DNA of 64,000 nucleotides, from assembly GCA_963740315.1 (NCBI GenBank), contig CAVUDP010000004.1:896001-960000 (forward strand). Direction: 5' to 3'. This stretch comes from an uncultured cyanobacterium (GTDB lineage Bacteria; Cyanobacteriota; Cyanobacteriia; Cyanobacteriales; Nostocaceae). The translations under genes and the position numbers were made by a program. Positions 48,263 to 59,055 of the stretch are shown in pieces (within the stretch, counting starts at the first letter, position 1; each line of letters begins with the position of its first letter). The notes under the pieces are model-generated. The model ran no database searches. It saw nothing but the letters and a program-made list of their open reading frames with translations, and was not told the origin of the DNA.

Positions 48263-51025
48263 ATGCTTAATAAAACAGATTCGGCGAATCGTGGTGATGC
48301 TCAAGACAGGGCATCACTTGTTTCATCTAATAACACCGATAGTCCATTACAACCATCTTCTTACCAAGCAAGTAGAGGAAACACCAATAATTCCTCTAAT
48401 GGTTTAATGGCTCGATTTAAACGGCTGAGCTTGAGTACCAAAACTACCATTGTGGCGATCGCAATGGCAACGGTTCCAGTTTTAATAATTGGTGTCGGAG
48501 CCTACATTGCTGCGAGTCAATCTTTAAATCGAAAGGCTTCTGGGTTGCAGGAAGCTCAAACAAAAAGTTTGGCGGATGGAATTAATAATTTCATGTCTCA
48601 ACGGTATGGAGATATTCAGGTAATATCTAATCTAAGTGCGATCGCATCTGGGGCAAGCTCCAGTCAACAAAGAGCCGTGTTGGATAATTACGTTGGTAAT
48701 TATACTGTTGGCGATCGCAAAGTATATGACGGCATTGGCGTTTTTAATTTGAATGGGGATGCAATTGTTCAATCCCAAGGAAGTAATTTTAGCAATCAAG
48801 GTAATTTAAATTATTTTCAGAATGTTAAAAATAGCGGCAATGCTTTTATCAGTCAGCCGATATTTTCTAAGTCTACTAATAGCTTTAATATTTATACCGC
48901 AGCTCCAGTTAAAAACCCTAATAATGGGCAAATTACATCAGTGGTTATAGCCCAGATGCCGGTTAAATCTTTGGAAAATGTAGTCAAAAATTATGCGAGT
49001 TCCGGGCAGGAATATTATTTAGAAGACTCTGAAGATAAAATTTTTCTGAGTACGAAAGAACAGGCAATTAATAAGTCATTAAAAGATGCTAAATTGCCAA
49101 ATTATGCGCCAGCACCGCAACAAATTCAAATACAAGGTTTTCAGCCAATAAATTGGGATGTAGTTTTAGCAACAGATGCTTCGATTGCGTTTGCACCGCA
49201 AAGAAATTTACTGCTAACTATCTTTCTGGGGACGGGATTAACGGCGATCGCTGTGGCATTTATTGCCGCTTGGTTGGCAAAACGTGCTACGCAACCGATT
49301 TTGAACGCGACAGCAGCGGTAGCAAAACTGGGTAAAGGTGAATTTAATACCCGTTTGGATGTAGGAGCAGAAGATGAAATTGGGTTGTTAAATGCCAATA
49401 TCAATCAAATGGCATCCCAATTAGAGTTACTAGTTAGAGAACAAGAAATAGAAGCTCAAAGAGAGAAATTAAAAGCAGATATTACCCTGCGTATCCGTAG
49501 AAGCCTTAAACTAGAGGATATTTACAAAACAGCGGTTCGAGAAATTCGCCAAGCTTTGAAAACAGATCGGGTAGTTATTTACGAGTTTAATCCTGAAACT
49601 TGGGATGGGGCAGTAGTTTCCGAATCGGTGAGTGCTGGTTTTCCCAAAATGATGGGGGCTTATATCGAAGATCCTTGTTTCCGCGATCGTCAAGTACAAA
49701 TGTATAAAAACGGGCGCGTGCGAGCAATTGCAAACATTTATAAAGATGCTGGCTTGAAGAAAGCTGACTGCTACGTTCAAATGTTGGAACAGTTTGCAGT
49801 CAAGGCGAATGTAGTTGCACCAATTTTAATTCAAGATAATTTAATGGGTTTGTTGATTGCCCATAATTGTGAAACGCCGCGAGATTGGCAGCAAAACGAA
49901 ATTGATTTGTTTAAACAACTAGCAACTCAAATCGGCTTTGCTTTGGAACAAGCCAAACTATTGGAAGAGGTAGAGAAAGCCCGACAACTTGCCCAAACCG
50001 ATTCCGATGAAGAAAGGCATCAAAAAGAAGAACTGCAAATGCAGTTAATTGAGTTGCTCAGTGAAGTGGAAGGTGCAGCGTCAGGAGACTTGACAGTACG
50101 TGCTGAGGTAACTGCGGGTGATATTGGTACGGTTGCCGACTTTTTCAACTCGATTGTAGAAAGTTTGCGCGACATCGTTACCCAAGTTCAAACCTCAGCA
50201 ATCAAGGTGAATCAAGCTATTGGTGACAACTCTGGGGCAATTAATCACTTAGCAGAATCAGCGCTTTCCCAAGCTGTGGAAATCACCCGCACTTTGGATG
50301 CCGTTGACGAGATGACGCAATCGATGAAGGCAGTATCGGAAAATGCTCAAGAGGCTGCTGCGATCGCCAATACCGCTAGGAGTACCGCTACGAATTCTGG
50401 AAAAGCAATGGAATTGACGGTACAAAATATTTTAGGTTTGCGTGAAACCGTAGGCGAAACTGCTAAAAAAGTTAAGCGTTTAGGTGAATCTACGCAACAG
50501 ATTTCGCGTGTGGTAGCATTGATCAACCAGATTTCCATGCAGACGAATCTGCTGGCAATTAACGCCGGAATTGAAGCAGCACGTGCTGGCGAAGAAGGTC
50601 AAGGCTTTGCTGTAGTAGCCGAAGAAGTCGGCGAACTAGCGGCAAGGAGTGCTGCTGCTACTAATGAGATAGAACAAATTGTGGAAAATATTCAGCGTGA
50701 AACTACTGATGTTGTGCAGGCAATGGAAGTAGGAGTATCACAGGTGGTGCAAGGGACGCAAATTGTGGAAGATGCTAAGCTGTCATTAAGTCAGATTCTA
50801 GAGGTTTCGCGGCAAATAGATAACTTGGTACAGTCGATTTCTACAACTACAAATCGTGGTGTAGAAACATCCCACCAAGTTAGCGCTTTGATGAAAGAAA
50901 TTGCTGCTGTCTCACAGCAGACTAGTACTTCTTCCCGTCAAGTTTCCGAATCGTTGCAACAGACTGTTGCAATTTCTCAACAATTACAAGAAAGTGTCGG
51001 TACATTCAAGGTCAGTTACGAGTAA
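48263..51025 (+). CDS. MCP photoreceptor: TM, Cache-like domain, TM, HAMP, cyanobacteriochrome GAF, MA domain
   Basis: Two TMs, [20 protein letters not shown]...DPCF...[30 protein letters not shown]. Confidence 0.92.
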   Translation: MLNKTDSANRGDAQDRASLVSSNNTDSPLQPSSYQASRGNTNNSSNGLMARFKRLSLSTKTTIVAIAMATVPVLIIGVGAYIAASQSLNRKASGLQEAQTKSLADGINNFMSQRYGDIQVISNLSAIASGASSSQQRAVLDNYVGNYTVGDRKVYDGIGVFNLNGDAIVQSQGSNFSNQGNLNYFQNVKNSGNAFISQPIFSKSTNSFNIYTAAPVKNPNNGQITSVVIAQMPVKSLENVVKNYASSGQEYYLEDSEDKIFLSTKEQAINKSLKDAKLPNYAPAPQQIQIQGFQPINWDVVLATDASIAFAPQRNLLLTIFLGTGLTAIAVAFIAAWLAKRATQPILNATAAVAKLGKGEFNTRLDVGAEDEIGLLNANINQMASQLELLVREQEIEAQREKLKADITLRIRRSLKLEDIYKTAVREIRQALKTDRVVIYEFNPETWDGAVVSESVSAGFPKMMGAYIEDPCFRDRQVQMYKNGRVRAIANIYKDAGLKKADCYVQMLEQFAVKANVVAPILIQDNLMGLLIAHNCETPRDWQQNEIDLFKQLATQIGFALEQAKLLEEVEKARQLAQTDSDEERHQKEELQMQLIELLSEVEGAASGDLTVRAEVTAGDIGTVADFFNSIVESLRDIVTQVQTSAIKVNQAIGDNSGAINHLAESALSQAVEITRTLDAVDEMTQSMKAVSENAQEAAAIANTARSTATNSGKAMELTVQNILGLRETVGETAKKVKRLGESTQQISRVVALINQISMQTNLLAINAGIEAARAGEEGQGFAVVAEEVGELAARSAAATNEIEQIVENIQRETTDVVQAMEVGVSQVVQGTQIVEDAKLSLSQILEVSRQIDNLVQSISTTTNRGVETSHQVSALMKEIAAVSQQTSTSSRQVSESLQQTVAISQQLQESVGTFKVSYE

Positions 51026-51105
51026 TTAGTTACAAGTAATTAACTAACCACTAGTAACTAATAACTAATCGCTAATAACTAATCACTAATAACTGATGAC
51101 TAATG
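51026..51105. repeat. STRR heptamer array (ACTAATA/ACTAATC)
   Basis: Tandem units between the MCP and cheA. Confidence 0.75.
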
Positions 51106-51121
51106 GCTAGGGACAAATAAT

Positions 51122-54100
51122 ATGTCACAGGACAAAGAATTTGAAATCCAGATGCAGTTTCTGGAGGAAGCTAGCGATTACCTCAACACTATGGAAGGGG
51201 TATTGTTAGAAATCGACACCAGCAACCGCATCGATTTGGAAAAGATAAACGCCGCGCTTCGAGCCGCTCATTCGATCAAAGGAGGAGCGGCAATGATGGG
51301 ATTTCGTTCTTTAAGCGATTTGGCTCACCGTCTGGAAGATTCGTTCAAAGTTCTAAAAACTAGAAAAAGCTCTTTAGAAGTAGATACTCAGTTACAAAGT
51401 TTACTTCTTTCTGGAGTCGATTGGCTGCGACAGATAGTAGAACTGCATTCAGAAACTCATGAATTAGATGAGCAGTGGTTGGCAAGTTTTTGCTATCCGG
51501 TATTTGAAGAATTGCACGAGCGTTTGGGCAATCCAACACCAGAAGATGCTTCTTCAATGCTATCGCCTGAAGATGGGCAAGATATCATACCGTTGCTGTT
51601 TGAAACGGAAGTAGAAGGGTGTTTGCAGCGTCTGGAATCAGTATTAGCCGATAGCGAGCAACCTTGTCTGAAAGAAGAAGTTGCCATTATGGCGGCTGAG
51701 TTAGCTGGTTTGGGTGAAATGCTGCAATTACGTGCTTTTAGCAGCTTTTGCGAATCGGTTCAATATCAATTGGAAAGTGCGCCATCCTCTCAAGTTGAAG
51801 AAATTGCCAATGCAGCCCTTGCTGGCTGGCGACGTTCCCAAGCCTTGGTTTTAACTTCTCAGATTGAAAGTCTGCCTATAGAGTTAGAGTTGGGTGAGGC
51901 ATCAACTGAAGCTTTTACCGAAGTAGAAATCGAACCGGATTTTACACAACTAGAACTAGACGAAGTACAAGAAATACACGAAATACACGAAATACAAGAG
52001 ATACACGAAGTAATAGAAGATACAACAGAAGAAATACAAGCACAAATAGTAGAAGATACTACAGAAGATTGGCTGGTAGACGATGTAATTACCGCAGATT
52101 TTGAAGCTTTAGAAGCGGCTTTTGCTCAAGAAAGTGCCCTTTCCGAATTTGATGAAGTTGAGTTACATACAGAGACAACCGCTCAAGAAATTCCCGCTAC
52201 CGACTATCAAACATTTGTCGAACGCAAACCCGAACCAGTTGCTGCTAAAAGCGAATCTGTAGAAAATACAGTTCGGGTTCCTGCCAAGCAGCTTGAAGAA
52301 ATCAACGATTTATTTGGCGAACTAATTATTCAACGCAATGGACTAAACTTGCAAATGGAAAGATTGCGTAAACTAGTTCGCAATCTCGGTCAAAGAGTGC
52401 AAGTTTTAGACCGCGAAAATCAACACCTGCGTACTGCATACGATAAAATTTCTACTCAAACTACAGTAAAATCCACATTTCCAACTCTGGCTTTGGTTCC
52501 AGGAAACGGTGGAAATATTGATGGTATTGATAGTAACGATTACGATTCAGATGGCATCAATAATGGATTTGATGCTTTAGAAATGGATCGCTACAACGAG
52601 TTGAACCTGCTTTCCCAAGAAGTGATGGAAACCATCGTCATGGTGCAAGAGGTGACAACAGACGTTCAAATTAGCCTTGAAGATACAGACAATATTTCGC
52701 GGAAATTAAATAAAACCTCAAAACAATTACAGCGCAAGCTGACTCAAGTGCGGATGCGTCCGCTAGCGGATTTAACCGACCGTTTTCCCAGGGCATTGCG
52801 CGATTTATGCGTAGAATACGGTAAAAACGCCCAGTTAAAGATAGAAGGCGGTAATATTCTGATTGAAAGGAGCATTTTAGAAGCTTTAAACGATCCTTTG
52901 ATGCACCTGCTCAGAAATGCCTTCGATCACGGAATTGAAGATCCTGCCACAAGAATACAGCAAGATAAGCCAGAACAAGGTTTAATCGAAATCAAAGCCG
53001 CTAACCGTTCCAATCGCACCATAATTACCATACGCGATGATGGTAACGGTATTTCTCTAGATAAAATTCGCGATCGCGCTATTGGCATGGGGTTGGATGA
53101 ATCTTTGATTAATCAGGCTACCGAAGAAGAAATACTATCGTTAATTTTTGAGCCTGGATTTACCACCTCCGACCAAGTTACAGCATTATCCGGTCGCGGT
53201 GTCGGTATGGATGTGGTTCGTAACAATCTGAAACAGGTACGGGGAGATATAAAAGTCGATACGGTACCTGGAATTGGAACCACCTTTACGCTGTCAATGC
53301 CGTTCACGCTCTCGGTTTCGCGAGTTCTGTTGGTAGAAAGCAGTCGAATGTTAATAGCTTTCCCCACGGATGTCGTAGAAGAGATATTTTTACTTGATGA
53401 CGAACAAGTTTTCCCAATGGGTGGCGGGGAAGTTCTAAATTGGCAAGGAAAAACTCTGCCTTTGATTGGGCTTGCCGATTATTTACAGTTTAATTGCCCT
53501 CGTTACGATAACCCCGATTTAGAAACTCCTCCAGCGATTAATGCAAGTAGCGTATTGATCGTGCAAAATAGCAGTCAGTCGGTAGCAATAAAAATTGACC
53601 GCTGTTGGGGAGAAATGGAAGTTGCGATTCGTCGCGTTGAAGGGGATATTCCTTTACCACCGGGCTTTAACAACTGTACGATTCTCGGTGATGGCAGGGT
53701 AGTAGCTTTAGTTAACGTTGCGGAATTGCTTTACTCTATTGCCGTCAACGAACGTACTGCTAAAAACAATCAATTACCATCATCAAGGTTAAAAACAGCT
53801 TTCCTAAATCAAACAGAGGAACAAGCTGTAGAACACGTAAGTAAGGGCAAAGGTACGATTTTGATTGTAGATGATTCAATCAACGTCCGACGTTTCTTAG
53901 CATTAACCTTAGAAAAAGGCGGGTATCAAGTTGAACAAGCAAAAGATGGTCAAGATGGTTTAGAAAAACTTCAAAGTGGTTTGAGCGTACAGGCTGTAAT
54001 TTGCGATATCGAAATGCCTCGCGTGGATGGTTACGGCTTTTTAGGTAGGGTAAAATCCAACGAGGAATTAAAAAATATACCCGTTGCTATGCTGACTTCT

Positions 54101-54235
54101 AGAAGTAGCGACAAGCACCGAAAATTAGCAATGCAGCTAGGTGCGCGGGCGTATTTCTCCAAACCTTATAACGAACAAGAATTACTGCGAACATTGGACG
54201 ATATTATTTTTTCTGTAGCTGGAATTAGCTCTTAG
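51122..54235 (+). CDS. CheA-like hybrid histidine kinase (Hpt, HATPase, CheW, receiver)
   Basis: AAHSIKGGA, HLLRNAFDHGIE, DDGNG, SGRGVGMDVV, C-terminal receiver CDIEMP. Confidence 0.95.
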   Translation: MSQDKEFEIQMQFLEEASDYLNTMEGVLLEIDTSNRIDLEKINAALRAAHSIKGGAAMMGFRSLSDLAHRLEDSFKVLKTRKSSLEVDTQLQSLLLSGVDWLRQIVELHSETHELDEQWLASFCYPVFEELHERLGNPTPEDASSMLSPEDGQDIIPLLFETEVEGCLQRLESVLADSEQPCLKEEVAIMAAELAGLGEMLQLRAFSSFCESVQYQLESAPSSQVEEIANAALAGWRRSQALVLTSQIESLPIELELGEASTEAFTEVEIEPDFTQLELDEVQEIHEIHEIQEIHEVIEDTTEEIQAQIVEDTTEDWLVDDVITADFEALEAAFAQESALSEFDEVELHTETTAQEIPATDYQTFVERKPEPVAAKSESVENTVRVPAKQLEEINDLFGELIIQRNGLNLQMERLRKLVRNLGQRVQVLDRENQHLRTAYDKISTQTTVKSTFPTLALVPGNGGNIDGIDSNDYDSDGINNGFDALEMDRYNELNLLSQEVMETIVMVQEVTTDVQISLEDTDNISRKLNKTSKQLQRKLTQVRMRPLADLTDRFPRALRDLCVEYGKNAQLKIEGGNILIERSILEALNDPLMHLLRNAFDHGIEDPATRIQQDKPEQGLIEIKAANRSNRTIITIRDDGNGISLDKIRDRAIGMGLDESLINQATEEEILSLIFEPGFTTSDQVTALSGRGVGMDVVRNNLKQVRGDIKVDTVPGIGTTFTLSMPFTLSVSRVLLVESSRMLIAFPTDVVEEIFLLDDEQVFPMGGGEVLNWQGKTLPLIGLADYLQFNCPRYDNPDLETPPAINASSVLIVQNSSQSVAIKIDRCWGEMEVAIRRVEGDIPLPPGFNNCTILGDGRVVALVNVAELLYSIAVNERTAKNNQLPSSRLKTAFLNQTEEQAVEHVSKGKGTILIVDDSINVRRFLALTLEKGGYQVEQAKDGQDGLEKLQSGLSVQAVICDIEMPRVDGYGFLGRVKSNEELKNIPVAMLTSRSSDKHRKLAMQLGARAYFSKPYNEQELLRTLDDIIFSVAGISS

Positions 54236-54251
54236 TAGCGATCGATTGCAT

Positions 54252-54292
54252 GAGTTATGGGTTATTTAACAACTTATAACTCCGTTTTTTTT
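54252..54292 (+). terminator. Probable intrinsic terminator after cheA
   Basis: gagttatgggtt / aacttataactc stem followed by a T run. Confidence 0.6.
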
Positions 54293-54851
54293 GTTTTAAA
54301 ATAAAGTTAAAATAAAGCATTTTTTATATAGCAGATTTTAATTGAATGCAATACAAATAAGAAACCCGGTATTTAAAAGTTACCGGGTTTTTCAAATATA
54401 AACGTCTAAATTTAAAAAATTCTTGCATAATACTTTATACTTTATTGTGAAAAAAGTTACTTGAATAAAAAATATCTTTAAAGCAAACTTACAGCTATTA
54501 GCTTGATTGTTAAGCCATAATTATTATTAACAAAGTGTAGCTACTGCGTGATTTAATATACATCCTTTCTATCTATAATATTGTAAATTGATTATGACAA
54601 CAAAGGTGATTTAAAATCATCCGTTATAACAGAATTTATCTCAAGTAAGATAATAACCGACTACAGGCGTTGCATTAAAATATGCATTTTGTCATACAGG
54701 ATACTTGTATAACTAGCTTTATTGATTAAATCACACAAGAACATTAAAAGTAGAACGGTTACTTGCATCCATATTCAGCAATTATTCAAGTTAACTTTCG
54801 GTTGAATACATAAATCATTAGATACAAGTATAAATGCGTTTGATTTTATAA

Positions 54852-57809
54852 ATGCGGTATATGGCTAATAATTCCCATCGTAAAAATCAAAAGATAACTT
54901 CAGATACTCAGAGAAAAACCCCAGCCAAAGCAATGAATTATACGAATAAAGTATCGCCGCAAACTAAACAAGTTAAAACAGCTTCATCGAAGACGCGAAA
55001 TCCTTGGTTAAAAAAGTTTTATAACCTACCAATTAGCCGCAAACAACTGATTGCTTTAATTTTCTCTCAATTGGTATCTATCTTGGGAATAGGTATTGGA
55101 GGTACATTAATTATTACCCAAGGTTTGCGGAATCAGTTGCTCGAACAAGCTAAGTCAGAAGTTGCGGTATCGGATATTAAATACAATATCAAAATCGATC
55201 AAATGGGCTTTGGCTTTCGGGGACAATCAGATAATACTGCGATTATTAGAGCAGCAATTCTGAATAATTCTAACCGTAGTTTAAGTGGCGATTTGAGAAA
55301 TTCTGTTAAGCAAATTTTGCAAAACGAAGTTAAAGCTAGAAATATAGAATATGCGACTTTAGTAGGAAAAGATTTAAAAATTATTGCCAACGCTAACGCT
55401 AATCGTGCGGGTGAAATTTTTAACCCGAATAACTTAGTTAATCTGGTTTTTAAGAATCCTCAACAAATTAAAGCCAGTGCCATTGTTAGCGCATCAGAAT
55501 TAAGTAAAGAATCACCACCGTTACCAGAAGGTATTAGCGATCGCGATGCTTTAATTCGCTATACCGTTACACCTGTAAGAAATCCTCAAACTCAAGAGGT
55601 TGTCGGTGCTTTGATTTCTGGAGATATTGTTAATGGTAAAGATGAGATTGTTAAGAAAACCTTGCAATCTTTTGATGGTGGTTACAGCGCTATTTATTTA
55701 AACCAACCAACGGGGGGATTTGATTTAGTAACATCGCTTCAGAATAATCAAGGAAATATCAATCGCGCCACACCCAATGTACCTTTACCTCCTCAAAGTA
55801 AATCTTTATTAGAAGCAGCAGCAAAAGCTCAAGGTAAAATAATTACCCAACGAATTAACGTAGAAGGTATTAATTATACCGTGGCTGCCAAGGCTGTTCC
55901 CGATCGAATTATCGAACAAGCAGACGGAGAAAAACTTGTTTATTCAGAACAACCTCCGGCTATTTTGGTGCGGGGAACTCCGGAAACAGCACTAAATAGT
56001 CTGCTGACGGAAAGCTTGATCGAACAGGCTTTAACTGTGTTAATAGCTTTGTTAGTAGTCGGTTTTTGGGCGGTAATTTTACGTAGAGGAATGATTCGTC
56101 CCATCGAAAACCTGCAAGAAACCGCGCAAAAATTTGCGAATGGCGATCGCGCTTCCCGTGCGGAGGTTTTTGCTACTGATGAAATTGGCGATTTAGCCGT
56201 TAGCTTTAATACGATGGCTGACAAAATTAGCGAAGAAACACGCCGTCAAGAGATAGAAGCAAAAGTCGCATTGCAATTAACTCAAATTACCAGCCGTATC
56301 CGAGAAACTCTCAACATCGAAACGATTCTCAAAACATTAGTAACAACTAGCCAAGAAGCTTTACGAGTAAATCGAGTAGTTTTCTATCGTTTAAACGATT
56401 CGCAAGGTGAGATAATTGCCGAATCAGTAGATTACACTTTAAATGGTGTTCTAGGGGAAAAAGTTAACGATCCTTATCAGGTAGCAGAATACCCTGACGA
56501 ATATGAATTTGGCAGCATTAAAGCTGTAGAAAATATTCAAGATTTACGTTTAAACCAATCTTACCTAGAGCAACTCAATGAGTTGGATGTTAAGGCGTTT
56601 TTACTCGCACCAGTTTTTGTAAACGATAAATTATATGGATTATTTGCAGCTCATGTCACAACGGGTATGCGCTCTTGGGAAGAAATAGAAATCAATTTGT
56701 TTAGACAAATCGCGATTCAAACTGGTTACGCTTTAGAGCAAGCCGAACTTTTACAACAGGTACAGCACAAACGTAAAACAGCCGAAAGTAGTTCCGAGCA
56801 GGAAAGAGAGCAGAAAGAAAAACTGCAAATGCAACTTCTGGAATTGCTTAGTGATATCGAAGGTGCAGCATCTGGCGATTTAACGGTACGCGCTGATGTA
56901 ATTGAAGGGGAAATTGGTACCGTTGCGGATTTCTTTAACTCGATTGTTGAAAGTTTGCGAGAAATTGTTACGGAAGTCAAAACCTCAGCTTCCCAAGTAA
57001 ATGATTCTCTAGGTGCTAACTCTAGCGCGATCGGTAAATTAGCACAAGAAGCAAAAACTCAGGCTGCGGAAATCACCCGTACTTTAAATGCAGTTGATAG
57101 CATGACTTATTCGATGAAAGCAGTAGCACAAAACGCTCGTGAAGCTGCTGTAGTCGCTAACTCTGCTGCTAATACTGCGACAAAAAGCGGTACGGCAATG
57201 GATTTAACAGTAGAAAATATCGTTCATTTACGAGAAACCGTTGGCGATACTGCGAAAAAAGTAAAACGCTTGGGTGAATCTACACAAGAAATTAGTAGAG
57301 TGGTAGCATTAATTAACCAAATTTCCATGCAAACCAACCTGCTAGCAATCAACGCCGGAATCGAAGCAGCCCGTGCGGGTGAAGAAGGGCAAGGTTTTGC
57401 GGTAGTCGCTGAAGAAGTAGGAGAGCTAGCAGCCAGAAGTGCTTCTGCAACCAAAGAAATTGAGCAAGTTGTAGAAAACATCCAGCGGGAAACCAGCGAA
57501 TTAGTAGAGTCAATGGAAGTTGGAGTTAGCAGCGTAGTAGAAGGAACCCGCGTTGTTGAAGATGCGAAATATTCCTTAAACGAGATTTTACAAGTTTCGC
57601 GTCAAATTGACTCTTTAGTAAAATCGATTTCCGAAGCTACCGCATCTCAAGTACAGACATCTCAAGAAGTTAGTCAGTTGATGAAAGATATTGCCGACAT
57701 CTCGCAGCGTACTACAGTTTCTTCCGAGGAAGTTTCTCATTCACTGCAAAAAACCGTGAAAATTTCTCAACGTCTTCAAGATAGTGTCGGTGCGTTTACA
57801 GTTGGTTAG
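54852..57809 (+). CDS. Second MCP: periplasmic sensor, HAMP, Cys-less GAF, MA domain
   Basis: Two TMs, DEIG.LA.SFN.M, GAF RVVFYRL without bilin Cys, MA domain very similar to 48263..51025; start codon uncertain. Confidence 0.9.
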   Translation: MRYMANNSHRKNQKITSDTQRKTPAKAMNYTNKVSPQTKQVKTASSKTRNPWLKKFYNLPISRKQLIALIFSQLVSILGIGIGGTLIITQGLRNQLLEQAKSEVAVSDIKYNIKIDQMGFGFRGQSDNTAIIRAAILNNSNRSLSGDLRNSVKQILQNEVKARNIEYATLVGKDLKIIANANANRAGEIFNPNNLVNLVFKNPQQIKASAIVSASELSKESPPLPEGISDRDALIRYTVTPVRNPQTQEVVGALISGDIVNGKDEIVKKTLQSFDGGYSAIYLNQPTGGFDLVTSLQNNQGNINRATPNVPLPPQSKSLLEAAAKAQGKIITQRINVEGINYTVAAKAVPDRIIEQADGEKLVYSEQPPAILVRGTPETALNSLLTESLIEQALTVLIALLVVGFWAVILRRGMIRPIENLQETAQKFANGDRASRAEVFATDEIGDLAVSFNTMADKISEETRRQEIEAKVALQLTQITSRIRETLNIETILKTLVTTSQEALRVNRVVFYRLNDSQGEIIAESVDYTLNGVLGEKVNDPYQVAEYPDEYEFGSIKAVENIQDLRLNQSYLEQLNELDVKAFLLAPVFVNDKLYGLFAAHVTTGMRSWEEIEINLFRQIAIQTGYALEQAELLQQVQHKRKTAESSSEQEREQKEKLQMQLLELLSDIEGAASGDLTVRADVIEGEIGTVADFFNSIVESLREIVTEVKTSASQVNDSLGANSSAIGKLAQEAKTQAAEITRTLNAVDSMTYSMKAVAQNAREAAVVANSAANTATKSGTAMDLTVENIVHLRETVGDTAKKVKRLGESTQEISRVVALINQISMQTNLLAINAGIEAARAGEEGQGFAVVAEEVGELAARSASATKEIEQVVENIQRETSELVESMEVGVSSVVEGTRVVEDAKYSLNEILQVSRQIDSLVKSISEATASQVQTSQEVSQLMKDIADISQRTTVSSEEVSHSLQKTVKISQRLQDSVGAFTVG

Positions 57810-57844
57810 GAGTAGTTCATTTCATTAATTCTGATGGGTAAAAA

Positions 57845-57999
57845 GGTTCGTAGTAAGCGCTTTAGCGCTCCGGATTTGGGGAACCTAAGCCTTACTACAA
57901 ACCTGTCAAAACTAATGAAAAAGAGTATTAGGTTTGTGCTTCCATATGTTTGTAGAGATGGGTTTGTCTCTACATTTTTTTTAGTTTTAACTACGAACA
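57845..57999. repeat. REP-like palindromes (GTAGTAAG...CTTACTAC; TGTAGAGA...TCTCTACA)
   Basis: Arms shared with elements at ~6530-6554, 1023, 34207 and 62977. Confidence 0.65.
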
Positions 58000-58125
58000 T
58001 TTGTAATACAAGTATTGTGCGATCGCGTCAGTTATCTCTAATACAGAATGTGATTTAAGATTTATGTATGAATATTAACTATCGGCTTGCTGTATTTTTC
58101 ATCGTTAGTTTCAAGCCAAACTCGA

Positions 58126-58929
58126 ATGAAGAGAATAAATAAAAGACGTTTTTTTGGCTTAGCTGCTTGGATATTTGTTTCATTTTTAACAATTGTTGGT
58201 TGCAATCAGATCGCATCAAACACCACTACAAATCAAACATTAACGGTATCGGCTGCTGCTAGTATGCAAGATGCGATCGAAGAGGTAGGAAAAGCTTATC
58301 AAGAAGAACAGCCAAATACTAAAATTACTTATAATTTTGCTGGTAGTGGTACTTTAACTCAACAGATTAAACAAGGGGCACCAGTTGATATTTTTATCTC
58401 GGCAAATGAGAAATTCATGGATGAGTTAGATCGAAAAAATCTTTTACTTCCAGAAACTCGTAAAAACTTATTAAAAAATGATGTTGTCTTGATTGTACCG
58501 CAAAAAGATAATATTCCTAATATCTCTAACTTCCAACAGTTGACAAATTCTAATATCAAAAGATTTTCCATTGGAGAACCAGAAAGCGTACCTGCTGGAC
58601 AATATGCAAGACAAGTTTTAACTACTCTGAAGATTTACGAACAAGTTAAACCTAAAACCGTATTTGCTAAAGATGTTCGCCAAGTTTTATCTTATATAGA
58701 ATTGGGTAATGTTGATGCAGGCATTGTTTATGCTACAGATGCTAAAATCTCAAACAAAATTAAGGTTGTGGCTGTTGCAGCAGAAGATACTCACAAACCG
58801 ATTGTTTATCCAGTTGCGGCGATTAAACGTAGTAAAAATCCAGAGATTAGTAAAGAATTTATTCAGTTTTTATTTAGTAACAGCGCGAAAGATGTTTTTA
58901 CAAAATATGGTTTTAAAATTGCAAGTTAA
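58126..58929 (+). CDS. modA: Molybdate ABC transporter substrate-binding lipoprotein
   Basis: Lipobox IVGC; SAAASM, AGSG.L..QI.QGAP.D, VPAGQYA, GIVYATDA. Confidence 0.95.
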   Translation: MKRINKRRFFGLAAWIFVSFLTIVGCNQIASNTTTNQTLTVSAAASMQDAIEEVGKAYQEEQPNTKITYNFAGSGTLTQQIKQGAPVDIFISANEKFMDELDRKNLLLPETRKNLLKNDVVLIVPQKDNIPNISNFQQLTNSNIKRFSIGEPESVPAGQYARQVLTTLKIYEQVKPKTVFAKDVRQVLSYIELGNVDAGIVYATDAKISNKIKVVAVAAEDTHKPIVYPVAAIKRSKNPEISKEFIQFLFSNSAKDVFTKYGFKIAS

Positions 58930-59055
58930 CTCGAATATATTAGGACTTATGTAATATTAAATAAAAAAATAGTATCCTAAACGTTTAGATCCCCCCAACC
59001 CCCTTTATCTAAGGGGGGCTTAAATAAAACCGCTCTTTTTCATCAGGCTCTGCGT

